Shown one piece after another: positions 37,839 to 52,500 of a stretch of DNA of 64,000 bases (positions are counted from its first letter, which is position 1; each line of letters starts with the position of its first letter). This DNA is from Octopus sinensis. Lineage: Eukaryota. The notes below the pieces were generated by a model, which worked only from the letters and a program-made list of their open reading frames with translations, was not told the origin of the DNA and did not search any database. The stretch lies in contig NC_042998.1 of assembly GCF_006345805.1 (NCBI RefSeq), positions 58,714,001 to 58,778,000 of the forward strand. Reading direction: 5' to 3'. Both the position numbers and the translations under genes were made by a program.

Positions 37839-38098
37839 AGAAATATCCTAGCTTCAGTATTTTCTGTCTGAACTACCGAGGCAAACAAAGAAACCACAGA
37901 GTGCCGCTAGACCTATCAGAAAAAGTAACTAAATATTCCTCAAATCACGTCCTACCATCTCAAAAAAGAAAAAAAGTTCCTAGATAAATGAGTTGAAATG
38001 GCTACGGATGGAATACCTTTGATTATTAGGTCAACTGAGTCGAGACGTAAACTAGTGTTTCTTAATCTGTATTACTCTACGCTCCACTTGGATATCTG

Positions 38099-38528
38099 GG
38101 ATCTTTTTCGGTTTGAACGGTAGTTTTTTCTAGCGGTGTCATATGAAATTGTCACCCATAATTATGACCCTAGTATCGATCTATTGCATTTCAATCTGTT
38201 TTAGGGTTAGGGTTAGTTAGGGTTAGGAGTGGGGGGAAGGGTATCTTTTTTTCTTCAGAAATGTAAATAAACCCAATCTGTTTCTTAAACGAGGGACATA
38301 TTCATACGGCACAGAATGTTTTTACCTCAATAGACGTATTTGAATGGTTGAAATTACAGAAATTGAAGAAAAAAATAACAACAAATATCTTACAAAATAT
38401 AGAATTTTCTCAATAAAGCCTAGAGGAAAAGATGTTTTATAAACACATTCTACCAGTATACGAAGTTTAAAAGTGTTTAGTTACGCGGAAATTATTTTAA
38501 AAAACTGCCGTTCAAACCGAAAAGATCC
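38099..38528. mobile_element. MITE, Merlin-like, copy 3
   Basis: Same TIRs; TSD GATATCTG/GATAGCTG; internal TTAGGG repeats. Confidence 0.85.
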
Positions 38529-39397
38529 GATAGCTGTCCTTCTCCATCTGCAAAATGCACGTTATTATTACGAAGGTTCAAAGTTAGTATGACGAATATA
38601 CGTATATATTCAATAGCATATAAATGTTCAAAGGAAGTTTAAATTAAAACTTTATTGCAGCTATCATTCATTTGTTACTTACGCGCTATTCTGAACTATC
38701 CCACCATCCCAAATGCTAACATGCTCCACCGGTAGGAGCACTCCCCTTCATTCAGAAACACTGGTCTAGACGAACAAATTAGCACCTACTCTCCTGGTAC
38801 TAAGACTTGTTGAACTGGATAACATGGACGTTTCGTGACTTTGAACTAAAAACAAAATCAAAAATCATTGGAACAGAATTTTATTACCTCCAGTAAAGAC
38901 AGGTAGTGGTAATGACGGTGGTGTTTGCATTAACTTTGGCGCTGATGATGGTGATAGTAGGAGCGGGGTATTGTTGGTAGTTTTGGTGTTCTTAATTGTA
39001 CCGCTGTTGCTATTTAGTCTAAAGCCAATCCTCATTGATCTAAAATCAAAGAGATTTAATTCAACTTTTAAAATACATTAAGGCTATCGCATTATCTCGT
39101 GACATTGTCTTTTATATTAGATGGGTGTCTTCTACCCCGTCTTTGTTTCAGTTGTTGGTCATTAAAGAGCTTGGTGGGTTGGAGGCGGCAGTGCCTTTAT
39201 TGGTTTTGGTGGGGATAATGGTGTTGAGGTGGGGATGAAGATTTACATGCATACACACACACATACATACACACATACACACACACATACATACACACAT
39301 ACACACACATATATATACATACGCACGTCCATCCATCCATCCATACAAACATACAAACATACAAACATACATACAATATATATATATATAAATATAT

Positions 39398-40398
39398 TGA
39401 TACGAGTAGGTCAAATTGGTAAACAACTGCTATGACCTACTTTGCTGGCTTGTAGTCTGAAGGTCTGGAATCTAAAGTTATTGTCCTTTGTTCTGTCAGA
39501 TTCACGAAGGAGTAATGAGCTTTGAGGGGACCTTTGGTCTTGTGCCGGTCAGGGAAGGGTCAAGGAAACTACCCTATAAAAAAGCGACGAACTGTGAGTC
39601 TGTTAGACAGTTCGGCCGGAGAAATTGAGTTGGTAACAAGGCAGATGGGATTACGGAGGAGGCGGTCAGTTGAGAAAGACAGACAGATAATCTGAGAGAT
39701 GACAGGCGAGAGAGTGACAGTGACAGCGGTGAGAACGACAGGCAGACAGTGAGAGGATGAGAGGTTGAGAAAGACATACACAGAGGACTGAGAGCGAAGG
39801 AGGGATTACGGCGGATAGAAGGCACGGCTATTATAGTAGGAATTGAAACGGTATGTGTTGTTGAGTTGTGTTAAAATGTAAAAGAATTGATATGTGAATT
39901 AAGTAAAAGACTTGTCGAAAAGAAAGAACAGTGCTAAAGAGATTATAAAGAACAATGTGAATTGTGTTGATACGTGACGTGAAAAAAAGAAAGAGAAAGA
40001 CTTTAATGTATTGAACTGTTCTGATTTGTCTTTGAACTGTATCGTGAACATTAATGTGATTTGAACATTGTATATTGTATCTGCATGTTTAAATGCTTTG
40101 ATTTGTTGTATACCTGATGTATCTTGATTTATTTGATGTTGTAATAAGTGTTATAAACCGTTGTTAAATGTAAGCCAATTGCCTTCCGCCGTCTCTCTTT
40201 GTGTCTCTTCTTCCTGCTGTTGTTGTTGTCGTTATCTCTCCGGTCGCCGGTTGCCGGGTTCGCTGCCATTCTCCCCCACAGAATTCTCTCCTTCCGTGGC
40301 GAATTGCCCGTTCGATCCAGCCGGTCAATCGTCGTCGCTCGACTTAGTAGGGTCCCGGGTTTTTCCCGAAGAGTTTGAGCGACGGCAGGTTCGTAACA
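39398..40398 (+). mobile_element. solo LTR (Gypsy-like)
   Basis: Termini TGATACGA...TCGTAACA (imperfect inverted repeat, TG..CA), ATAT on both sides, TATAAA at 39575. Confidence 0.7.
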
Positions 40399-40972
40399 AT
40401 ATATATACATATATACATAAATACATACAATAATAAATCTCTGAACGAGGTATAAACAGTACATACATACACACATAAATAAATACATACATACATGCAT
40501 ACATACACACATACACACATACATTTATATAAAGATACACACATTCATACACACGCATACATTTACATATAGATACAGACACATACATACACACACATAC
40601 ATGCATACTCACATATACATACATACAAACATACATACATGTATACACACATACACACACATACATACATACATACATACATACATACATACATACATAC
40701 ATACATACGTACATACATACATACAACATACATACATAGATACATAGATACATACATACATACATACATACATACATACATACATACACACATACATACA
40801 TACATACATACATACATACATACGTACATACATACAAACATACATACATACGTACATACATACATATATACATACAAAAATACTCCGCTGATTTTGTTGA
40901 AATTTCAATGAAGGAGCCTTGGATCTAGGTTAGAAACTGATTCTTTCTCTATTGGCCAGAAATCTTGAAATA

Positions 40973-42214
40973 TCAGGCTGAGTAAAAGGTAAACAACGTT
41001 TTGAAACATGAAATTCATCACAATATATTTCAACAATGTGGAAATTTTATTCATCGAAGTAAGTACCATTATAACCAACACATTTTTGGCAACGAGTTAC
41101 AAGTTTGTTTACTCCAGTAGCATAAAAATTTGGAGTTCTGAAGCTGATGAACTCTTTAAACTCACTTTTAGCATCGGTTTGACTTTTGAAGTCCTCTCGC
41201 AGGAAATCATCAAGGTGCTTGAGAAAGTGGTAGTCGGTAGGAGAAAGTTCTGGGGAATAAGCTGGGTGGGGAAGAACTTCGTGGCCAAGTTCCCTCAATT
41301 TCTGGAGCGTCATTAGTGAAACATGTGGTCGAGCATTGTCATAAAGAATGATTGGCCCTCTTCTGTTGATCAGTTTGCGACGGAGGAGTAGCAGTTTTTC
41401 GTCCATTTTGGCAATTTCATGCCAAAATGTTTCTACAGTAATTTTTTTCCGGGTTTTTAGTTACAGTGGATGAGTCCAGCAGTATACTACCAAACAGTCA
41501 CCATAACCTGCTTTTTGAAGAGCTCGGATTTAAGGAAGGTTTTCGGTACTTCATTTTGGTCCAACCACTGCGACGAACGTTTTTTATTATTGTACAGAAT
41601 CTTTTCAACGCAAGTTACAATGCGGCCGAGAAATGGATCGGTCTGGTTACGGATTTTCTGATTTTCATTCAAATCGTATGATACCCATTTGTCGAACTTT
41701 TTTGATTTTCCGATCGCATGTAAATGGTTGCAGGCAGTTTTCTGGCTAACTTGAATTTCTTTTGCGAATTCTCAAGTGGTTTTACGTGGAACTTTCTCGA
41801 TGGCGGTCTTTAATTGACCGTCATTAATGACAGATGGGCGTCCACTGCGCACACGATCTTCAAGGCTCAGGTCTCCACCGCGAAATCGTTTAAACCAGTT
41901 TCCAGATGACCACCCACTGGTCATTTCCTCACCAAACGTTTCGTTGATATAGCGAGTAGTTTCAGCTGCCTTACATCCTTTTTTTGAAATTGACTAGCAA
42001 AATTTCTCGAATATCGCACTTTGACGGAGCTATTTCAGATGATTGTAACAACGGTGAAAAAATATCAATGTCAATCCATTAATGCATTTGAGCAAGTTTA
42101 TGTCTGTATTATCAGCCAATTGTAAAACACATGTTCAAAAGAAATTCAAAACTATAAAAATCCGGTACAAATTCTTTATGATTCAAAACGTTGCTTACCT
42201 TTTACTCAACCTGA
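40973..42214 (-). mobile_element. full-length mariner (DD34D) with disrupted transposase
   Basis: TIR TCAGG(C/T)TGAGTAAAAGGTAA, TA flanks, ~1.24 kb; RIVTC.EK.ILY, YDNARPH, HPAYSPELSPTDYH. Confidence 0.92.
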
Positions 42215-42670
42215 TAAAACTGAATAATGACATACATTCATACATACATACATACATACATACATATTGAGCAAAAACACCTAAAGCTCCACGAGGCTCC
42301 GGCAGGGGGTGGTGGTAATCCCTGCTGTACTCTTTCACCACAACTTTCTCTCACTCTTTCTTCCTGTTTCTGTTGTATTTGTATTTCAAAGGGCCAGCCT
42401 TGTGACGCTGAATCTCCCCGAGAACTAGGTTACGGGTACACGTGTCTGTGAAATGCTCGGTCACTTGCACGTTAATAAATGAGCTGCGACGTCACTGGTG
42501 CCAAGATGTATCGGCCTTTGCCTTTCCTTTTCCCTTGGATAACGTCGGCGGTGTGGAGAGGGGAGGATGGTATGCGTGGGCGACTGCTGGTCTTCCATAA
42601 ACAACCTTGCCCAGACTTGTGCCTCGGAGGGTAACTTTCTAGGTGCAATCATGACTGAAGGGGGGGGGTC

Positions 42671-42703
<33 letters not shown>

Positions 42704-43259
42704 CACACATATACATATTAGAGGGAAACCACTATGTGGACACCCTTATGCTATGGGAAGACCATAGCGGATCTATTTCTAGCATAAGGGTGTCCACATA
42801 GTGGTTTCCCTCTAATATGTATACACACACACACACACACACATATATAACTGAGTTAGAAGTTAAACTAACCGTCTAAGGGATAGAAGCATCCATTACA
42901 CTACCGGTATATTACCTATGTTTAGCCATAGGTATACACATGCAAGCATATTATGTTCATAAATTATAAGTAAAGACAAGAATAAACATGAGTTTATCGA
43001 GAATCAAAATTTCATGAAGCCAGAAAATTGAGAAATATCGATGAACAACAATTGACTTCGATTATTATTCATTAATCCATTACAAATAGACTGCATCTCA
43101 TTCCTCTACATTTGATCTTGTAATTCGTAATGGTTAGTCTAATGGTAAAATAAACTAATAGGAAATAGCTGGGAATGTAATCTTATGTATTCTTCGTTGG
43201 ATTTCATAGAAATTTATATCTTTATCACTATCAGGTGATAAAACAGATTCGGAACTTCA

Positions 43260-44460
43260 AAGAGAATGCCAATTACATCAATGACGGTGCACGGTGTAAC
43301 CATTTACATTTCCGAATTTGCTTTTTGTGGCTCGGCGAATTGAGTCGAAAGTTTTGTTAAAATCTATAAATGATAGAACAACTTTTATGTTCTGATATTT
43401 CATAGCTTCAATAAAACATCGTAAAGCATGGATTTGTGATAATGTTGATTTTCCTGGACAAAACCAATTTCATTGGTTCTTTGTAACAGTGCGTGTTCTT
43501 AAAAGAAACATTTGTTGTTGTATTTACCAGCAGTAACCGATAAAATAACGCTTTTGTATTGTTTATTATATCCGAGATTTTCCTTTCGATAGGTTCGGCA
43601 CTCAATCATTTTTCTACCAGATTTCATGGTTGTCTTTTGTGTGAGGTTTTATTACATTCCGCATGTAGTGGGTACAACATTGCTCCTGTTTTCCTTTCGT
43701 CCACTTGTAAATTGTCAAGGTATGGTACCTTAACGTCTGAATAGAACTTAATATAATTCTTTATTTCTTCTCTGGTACAGTAATCTCCACGAATAGATAT
43801 TTCTTTTGCAATATTACCGATAATTTGGACTATAATATTTATTGAATACCCCAAAAGACCAGGAAGTACTCTATCCAATTATTTAAATTCGGTCTCCAGG
43901 CTTGTCTGCTTTTAATTTCCATTTATTGGTTTACTTTCTCCTTGTTATTTCCTTCACAGTTGCCATGCGAGAAAAATTTGTTGGTTTTCCGAAACATTTT
44001 CGATTATATTACTTTGTAAATAACTTTCAAGTTCTTGTTTATAAGTTTCTTTTTGTTGATGTTTTTCCATTTTCCAGTGTTGCTCTGCCAACTCTCATGG
44101 GTTTATTTATTTTCGATGTATCTTTATGTGTTAGCTTTGATTCTTCCTCTTATTTAAAAACAATATTTCTTGGTTTGCTCTTGTGATACGATTGTTTTTT
44201 TCTCTTTTCATTATACTTTCGGATATCTGCTTCTTCTGCATTTTTATGTGCATTTATAAAGTTATTGTAAATGCAGTTCACATTTTTGCTATTATCTAAA
44301 ATTTGTAATGCTTCGATGAGATTTTTGTTATCAACTTTAGTTGATTTTCTTGCGACAGCATCGAAGGTAAGCTGCTTGCAAGTTGAAGGCATTGAATTTT
44401 TATTAATGTTCTTACAAACAAGCTCAGCCTGAATATTCCTGTCGCAATTCGACGATTAGA
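43260..44460 (-). mobile_element. decayed RTE-like LINE ORF2 fragment
   Basis: GF.PGKSTLSQIHALRCFIE...FIDFNKTFDSIR RT motifs. Confidence 0.65.
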
Positions 44461-44942
44461 TTATCAAAGTAATTTATACACGTATGTATGTATGTATGTA
44501 TGTATGTATGTATGTATGTATGTATGTATGTATGTATGTATGTATGTATGTATGTATGTATGTATGTATGTATGTATGTATGTATGTATGTATGTATGTA
44601 TGTATGTATGTATGTGTGTGTGTATGTATGTATGTATGTATGTAGTGAGAGGCCTAGTGGTTAGGGTGTCACTATCGCGAAATCGTGCGTTCGATTCGCG
44701 GAGCCGGCAGTGTGTTGTGTTCTTGAGTAACACACTTTAACTCTCGTTGTTCTACTATCACTTAAACCTCTAACGCGCGGCACACTGTGCACCTGTACAG
44801 ATAGTGTCAATTTGCTGTAAGGAGTGAGCTAATGTACAGCGTAAACAATTTATCACTATAAATAATTCATCTGTGTTGGTCGTTCAGCAAGAAATTGCAA
44901 GAACCGTCTTTCACGGACATGAAAAAATACCATGTATGTATG

Positions 44943-47403
44943 TTTCTCTTCTGATTTTAATTATATGAATTCTTCCTTTGAAAACGGATACACTGCTCTA
45001 TCATTGGAATGTAGCCAACGAAAACAATGTCACATTTTCAACCCGAAAAAAGTCTTGCATAGTTTTACTATTCCGGTTACAAATTGTATTTGTAATATGT
45101 AAGTCAGCTGGTTGAGTTCTTTTTCTGAAAATCCAAGCTTATCCCGACTGACAGTTAACTATTTTAATTACAAATCCAAGTGCTCCAATTAATATTGGTA
45201 CAAATGTAAATTTTAGAAGCTGGAAGATTTGAAGCAGTTCCCCATAGTTATTTTCTTTCCCTTTGATTATCACAGCGATATTCACATCAGTAGGACAGCT
45301 GACCTCTATGATGGCACATGTGTTTTCTTGCCTGTCCCAAACAACAATATCCAGCCTGTTATGTTTACACTTGATATATGTTTAGATGGGAATGTTACAC
45401 TAATATTCCTTGTGTTGATATTCGTGTACGTATTCAATAACAGGGGGTTTGTCTATATCTATTCCAGGACTCATTCTTTCTGGATGGCATTGCTTATTGT
45501 TATTGCGTCAGCATCGTGTTGTACAAGGAGGTAGTACCTCGATGACATTTTTGGGCAGTTGCAAATCACATGTGTGATGTCTTCCAAATAAATATGTTAT
45601 AATCTACATTTTCGGTTTCATTTTGGAACTCTAAAAGCGTCAGAGTTTCTTTTGATTATTACATATTTAGTAAAAATCTCCTGTTCTCTCTTGAGTTGCA
45701 AACGTATAGCCTTCGGAGTGTGATGTAGCGGTAACGGGTCCTTCATGCCAATCGTACTATCTTCTTCAGGTCCTCGGGAAACATACCTATGCATGGGTTT
45801 TTTTTGGGCGGGGTGTGTGTGTGGTGATGAGCGTTTCCCTCCAGGTCTTCTTTGAGACATGTTAGCCCGGTTGATTTGGGGTTGTATGGGAGGTCATCAG
45901 GAAAAGAGTGCTTCCAGAAGAACCCGCCTCCGATGCGTAGGATATTGTTTTCTTCCCTTTTCAGCACTAATTCAATGTACTTTTTCTTCAGCTTGTACCT
46001 CCTTTATGTCCTCTTAGGCAGAGCCTATCGATATCGTTATTTCCTTCATCTTTTATTAGACTAGGGTCATGCTGGGGCATCGCCTTGAGGAATTTTAGTT
46101 GAACTAATCGACCCCCAGTACCTATTTTCTTTTCTTAAGCCTGGTACTTATTCTATCGTTCGTTTTCTTACCGAACTGCTAAGTTAAGGGGTCGTAAACT
46201 CCCAAATAGCGGTTGTCAAGCGGTGGGGGAGGCAAACACAGACACAAGGATACACACACACCATACTTTTCTAAGTTTCCCTCTACCAAATCGACTTACA
46301 AGGTTTTGGTCAGCCTGAGGCTATAGTAGAAGACACTTGCCCAAGGTATCACGCAGTGGGGTTGAATCCGGAACCATGTAGTTGGGAAGCAAACTTCTTA
46401 CCACACAGACAGAATCTTATGGGTTTTAATGTCTTTGGAGTGCATTTCTTCTACAGACCAGTCAAGTATCCCAAATGTTGGGATCAGCACTGGTACTTAA
46501 AATGCATTGTGGGATATTGTTTTGTTATAAGAAGTTAGTTCCCACTGCCATATTTTTCTTAGTTTGGTGTAATATTCTTGGGTCATTCTATTTTTATTCA
46601 CAGTACCTTCGTATGATATACTTTCATCAATGCCTAGATACTTGTAGCATTCTTTGTGTGGTAAGGAAAGATGGTGAGACCATTAATGCACAGGTTTTGT
46701 GTCTGGGGCGGGGTTGGGTTTGGTTATCTCCGTTCAACAGATATGGACATTTCTTTTGACCAAATTCCATTCCTGTGTCAGCTGGAATTAATGACATTTA
46801 TTCCAGCTGTTTTTTTCTTTTTAGCATTGCTGACATTTTTAACATAAATCTTGAGGTTATCCACAAAGAGATTATGGGTTACATTAATATCTCTATGAGT
46901 TGCAGACCCTAGAATGTAGCCATTTGAGCAGGAAGGATAATGGATTTAGCGCTAAAATGAACAGAATTACAGAGGGACTATTTTCTTGGAATATTCCCTT
47001 TGAAATATTTATGGCATTGGAAACTATCATTGCACTCTCTCTTCTACGAGTGAGAATTGTTGCCCAGGTTTTTGGCCTTTGTGAACTTCTCAATGGTAAC
47101 AATTAAGATAATAGGCATTTTTGCCAAACGAACACACACTTCAGCAGCCATATATGGGGAATAGAGTCAAATACTTTCATATAATCAAGCCATATTGTTG
47201 TAAGGCCCCTACAAGGTATTTTTAACTGCAGGCAGAACAGAATTTCTTATCAAAAGTTGTTCAGCACATACTCACACCCCCTTCCATTGACCGGCCTGAT
47301 CACAATGATCTTGGAAGAATTGGTTGAGGCAGCTTATGTACAGTTTGTACAAAATACTTAGGCAAGTGATGGATCTAGAGTTTTCAGCCCACTCGATAGT
47401 TTC
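44943..47403 (-). mobile_element. R4/Dong-type RLE non-LTR retrotransposon relic, interrupted
   Basis: RT (KGIFQ.NS.S.ILFILALNPLSFLL; HNLFVDNLKIY), CCHC region (EDITHVICNCP...RHD) and REL nuclease (HNRLDIVVWD...IIEVSCP.D). Confidence 0.8.
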
Positions 47404-47434
<31 letters not shown>

Positions 47435-48109
47435 TATATGTATGCTTATCTCAGGTCACTTTCGAGTGCTACTGGTAACATGTAACCCAGTACAACCTGT
47501 TGCATGGTCGGGTCGTCGGCAACTAAACCGGCAACCCCATCAAGTTTGCTTGGTGAGGAGGGTGTTTATTGGACACCCTGCGGGATGAAAATCAAAACCC
47601 GTCAAACGGCGGAGGAACTCTTGAGAGTCAACGGCCATCCAATAAATGTCTTAAGGCTGTATCATGCGCGGGGACAGAGAAATAATCGGACTGAATACCC
47701 GATCGCGCGGTTAAACCACTGGGAGTGAAGGTTAGAGCATCCTTCTAGGAGAAGGTAACTCAGGTAACTGGGATAACTCCCACATAAAACCTGTGGCTCA
47801 GTGGTTACCGATGATGTTGACTTATTCTTCTTTTCGGATTATGGCTGCTGTTGCTTAGTGAGTGGGATTGAATCAGTGCACAGACTTTCCTCACTTAAAA
47901 AAAAAACTTCTTGCACAGGCATTGCATGATAACCACATTAATTAAGCTTCGTGCAATGGCCATACTCGATAACGAGGAGGGCAGCCACCATGTATGTATG
48001 TATGTATGTATGTATGTATGTATGTATGTATGTATGTATGTATGTATGTATGTATGTATGTATGTATGTATGTATCTATGTATGTATGTATGTATGTATG
48101 TATGTATGT

Positions 48110-48149
<40 letters not shown>

Positions 48150-48188
48150 ATGTATGTATGTAGGTAGGTAGGTATGAATGAATGAATG

Positions 48189-48705
48189 TTCTCTTTCTCT
48201 TTTTAACATAGAGTAGATTTTGACCGGCCATCTAGTTAGTAGCGAGGTTGTGAAGGAAAGTATCGTGTTTTAACGATCATCCTTTAAATCTTAAGGTCTT
48301 GCAGATTTTTATACCCTGAGATATCGTGATCAGTAGTAGTTTATGAATTAAAGACTTGCGTTTTCTCCCTAGACCCCTAGGTTCAATCATACTTTCATCC
48401 AGACAGGTACGTATATATCCTGTTGCTCCAATAATAATAGGTATGAAGTAGAAAGTGTATATTGGGTAATAGATTTGCAGACTCCTTATGAATTGTCCAT
48501 AGATGTCCTCTCACTCTTGCATTTTTCTAACCACATTGGTGTCGAGAAGGCAGCTAATTTCCACAAGAGAACATATCTTGTCTTTGTTTAACGGTACAAC
48601 AATATCTGGCTGGTCGAATTTTAACTTGGTAGCTGTTTTACTTTTTACAGTCCACCAATATTTCGTCGAATCATTCAGTTGCACGTTTTCTTTCACATGC
48701 AAAAG
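48189..48705 (-). mobile_element. second RLE retrotransposon 3' end
   Basis: YWW...DQPDIVV...LVEISCLLD REL motif; 3' end abuts (CATT/CATA)n. Confidence 0.75.
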
Positions 48706-49425
48706 ATTTTTCTACCAGCATACACAAGCAAGCAAAAGATGTTTTTAGACAATTTCTCTCTACCAAATTCTCTCACAGAGTAATCTAAAAGCATATCATG
48801 TTTGCTTGTGTATGTTGGTATAAAACCCTGCTTTATGCAAAAGAAAATGTGCCACTGAATAATTCGATGAAATAATGTTCGCTAACGTAAGTATGAAAAT
48901 GAAAATGAGTGACAGATCAATATGATTGACTAAAACATCTAATAGTATTGTCCCGGTATGAACGCATTCCAGTGACTGAAACTAGGAAAAGAATAAAAGA
49001 GTATAAATAAATACCCAAATATATATATGTATATGCACATGTATACAATTACATAGATATATATATATGTACGGATGTATGTATATTTATGTATGTATAC
49101 ACACACACACACATGTACTGTAGCCTCTGGTACTCCGAAACTGTGTGGAAATCCCCCTTATCTTTTATATATATATGCGTATTTGTGTTTACAGACATCT
49201 TAGAACTGGAGTGCATATTGTGTCTCTCAATGTCTTCTAACATAAACTTTTCAGCAAATATCAGGGTGAAAAATAAACCCAAAACAATGATTTGATATGA
49301 TCAACTAAAATCCGTTGAAAGTAGTGACTCAACACAAGTCCTATGAGTGAAAACAGTAAGACTAAAACGATGTATCTATGTGTGAACCGTCTTTGTCGGA
49401 CATGAGAGACTACTCTGTATGCATG

Positions 49426-49790
49426 TTTCTCTTCAGCTTTTAATTATATAAATTCTTCCTTTGAAGAAGGAACTGGTTTCTAGCAAAGATACACAGCGCC
49501 ATCATTGGAATAACAATGTCACATTTTAAATCTGAGAAAAGTCTTGCATAGTTTTACTGTTCCGCTTGCAATTTGCATTTGTAATGTGCGAGTAAGTTCT
49601 TTTTCTGAAAATCCAAGCTTATCCAGAATGACAGTTAGGCATTCACTTACAAAACCAAGTGCTCCAATGATTATTGGTATAATGTAAATGTGTAATGTGG
49701 ATATAGAAGCTGGAGGTTTCGAAGCAGTTGTCCATAGTTATTTTCTTTCTCTTTGATTTCCTTTTGCCTTGATGTTCTCAGTATATATTG
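49426..49790 (-). mobile_element. RLE retrotransposon 3' end, paralogous to 44943-45290
   Basis: KENNYGQLLRNLQLLYP and matching 3' UTR. Confidence 0.75.
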
Positions 49791-50094
49791 ATGGATGCTT
49801 GAAGTATTCATGCTTGAGTGCATGCCTGAGTATATATGTCGTGCGTTTTGTTTTGTTCGAAGAATCGAGAAATTTAAAGCTGTTTTTACGAAGCTTAATT
49901 GTAAATGAAGCTGTAAATAAAGCTCATAAAATTTCAGGTAAAACACATCTTAAAAGGAAAAGTTGAACATAATCAAGTAAGGGATCAAATCATGGAAATG
50001 CTCGAGACATTACGATCGTGACAAACACCAAAGAAATATTGATAAATCTGAACCGTTAAATTAGAAGTCTTTATCTATACAAACGAAAAGGGAA

Positions 50095-50179
<85 letters not shown>

Positions 50180-50939
50180 GCCTGCCTGCCTGTCTGTCTG
50201 TCTGTTAGTGTGTGCGCGCGCGCGCGTGTAAGTGTGCGTCTAGGCACAAGTGTTTCAGAGAAAAGCCGAACAACACACTTGACGACATCAATGGATTCGA
50301 TCTGGCAACAACAATTTAATACTATTTTCTCTATGTCTATTCAACAAGTAATATTCAGCCTTCCAGTTATAATCTCTACCACTTAGTTTTCTTTATGAAT
50401 CTAACCACCGACAGTACCATTGAAATTAGTCAGGGAATATTATATAATATAATTATATTTTGTGTAAAATGGCAAGTTTTTACATTTTTTGCTCCATACA
50501 ATTTATACTTTGTCCTAGAAGTTTCTCATCACATTGCTTACTCAAGGATATATTTTCCTTTCTCTTTCATTTTTTTTATAGTTTTGTACATTTATATATG
50601 CATAAATACACAATTACAGACACACACACACACATATATATATGCACCCATATATATATGCACCCATATATATATAAACATACATATACATAAACACACA
50701 CACACATATATATATGCACCCATATACATACATATATATAAACATACATATACATAAACACACACACACATATATATACACACACACATATATATATATG
50801 AATACATATATCTTGATGTTATACATTCTAACAAATGCACGTGTGTGTGTGTGTGTGTATGGATGTATATGCATATCTATATTTGTGTTTGTATAAATAT
50901 ATATCTATTTTTATATATGTATATATGTGCGTGTATACA

Positions 50940-50977
<38 letters not shown>

Positions 50978-51088
50978 GTATTTGTATATATGCATATGTA
51001 TATGTATATATATACACACATTCATACATATATATTTATATATATATACATACATACATACACACACACAAACACACACATACACACA

Positions 51089-51166
<78 letters not shown>

Positions 51167-52363
51167 ATCACATACATAAATTCGTGTGTATCCGCGTATG
51201 GTTAGATCCATATATAGTTATCTCTAATCATATATTAAAATATTCCATGAGAATTGGCAGAAATTACAAACTCTTGCATATACATACATACATACATACA
51301 TACATACATACATACATACATACATACATACATACATACAATGTGTACAAGTAATATGTATATACATGCGACATGGTTAAGAAATTTTATAGAGACCTGA
51401 GGGTGGGTATCTTAAGATCTATTCATAATAACACATTTCCACCCTCCCAGCCCATCTACCGTCTTTTCCAGTGAGTCATTTGAATGGTTCCTACAATTGA
51501 ATGTTATGTGTGAATAGAGTAAATTCTTCTGTTGAATATATGCTGGACGCTTTTCTATTTTATTAATAAGCTTCGCTTAATATATCCAGTTTTCAATTAT
51601 TTCCATTGAAAATGATATTGGAAAATTCCTCTTGATTTCTCTTCTACGGTACTCATTCAAAGACCATTTATAGTATGATTCAACTTAGCGTATAATACAG
51701 GCAATGTGCTTGATTAAAGTTGCTATCGTTCAGGTCCGTTTAGTATCATTATAATATTGTTAAGTAGAAATAAAATACCAATAATTGTTTTTTCCATAGG
51801 CACAAGGTCTCTTTTCGGAACGTAAACAACTACAACACTGTGTAACATGATTTTTATCCTTGGGTAGCAACTATTGTTTCCTTTTTGCTCACCCCTAGCC
51901 AGTATGAAAAATCGCTAATATTCCCTTTAAACGTTAATTTTGTTATGATATTTATTCAAATTTCAAAGAATCTCTCTCAACGCATGGCTATGATGCTCCC
52001 TCACTACTCCTGCTTACGATCAGAGATGCACATATTGTCAGCCACTAAGGGACATGTTCAAATGACTAATATTAAGCAACTAACAAGCTCATCCATTTTA
52101 TTGAACTGAATATTTGCAACACGATTTTTGACCTTGTGTAGTAACCGTTATTTGTAAAGCCTGATACTTATTCTATCGGTTTCTTTCGCCGAACGACTAA
52201 GTTACGGGGAAATAAATGCATCAACATTAGTTGTCAGACGGCGGTGGGGAACAAACACAAACACACATACACACACATGCACACACACACACACATATAT
52301 ATGAGGTTTTTATTCCCATTCTAGCCACCTGATATGATCGGTATTTTGAATAACGATCTTATT

Positions 52364-52500
<137 letters not shown>

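Noticed and set aside
38200-38228. TTAGGG repeats as a telomere remnant
   Set aside because: Internal part of the MITE family.
47450-47900. GC-richer block resembling a retroelement 5' UTR with an HDV-like ribozyme
   Set aside because: I could not build the P1/P2/P3 double pseudoknot by eye; it needs a descriptor search.
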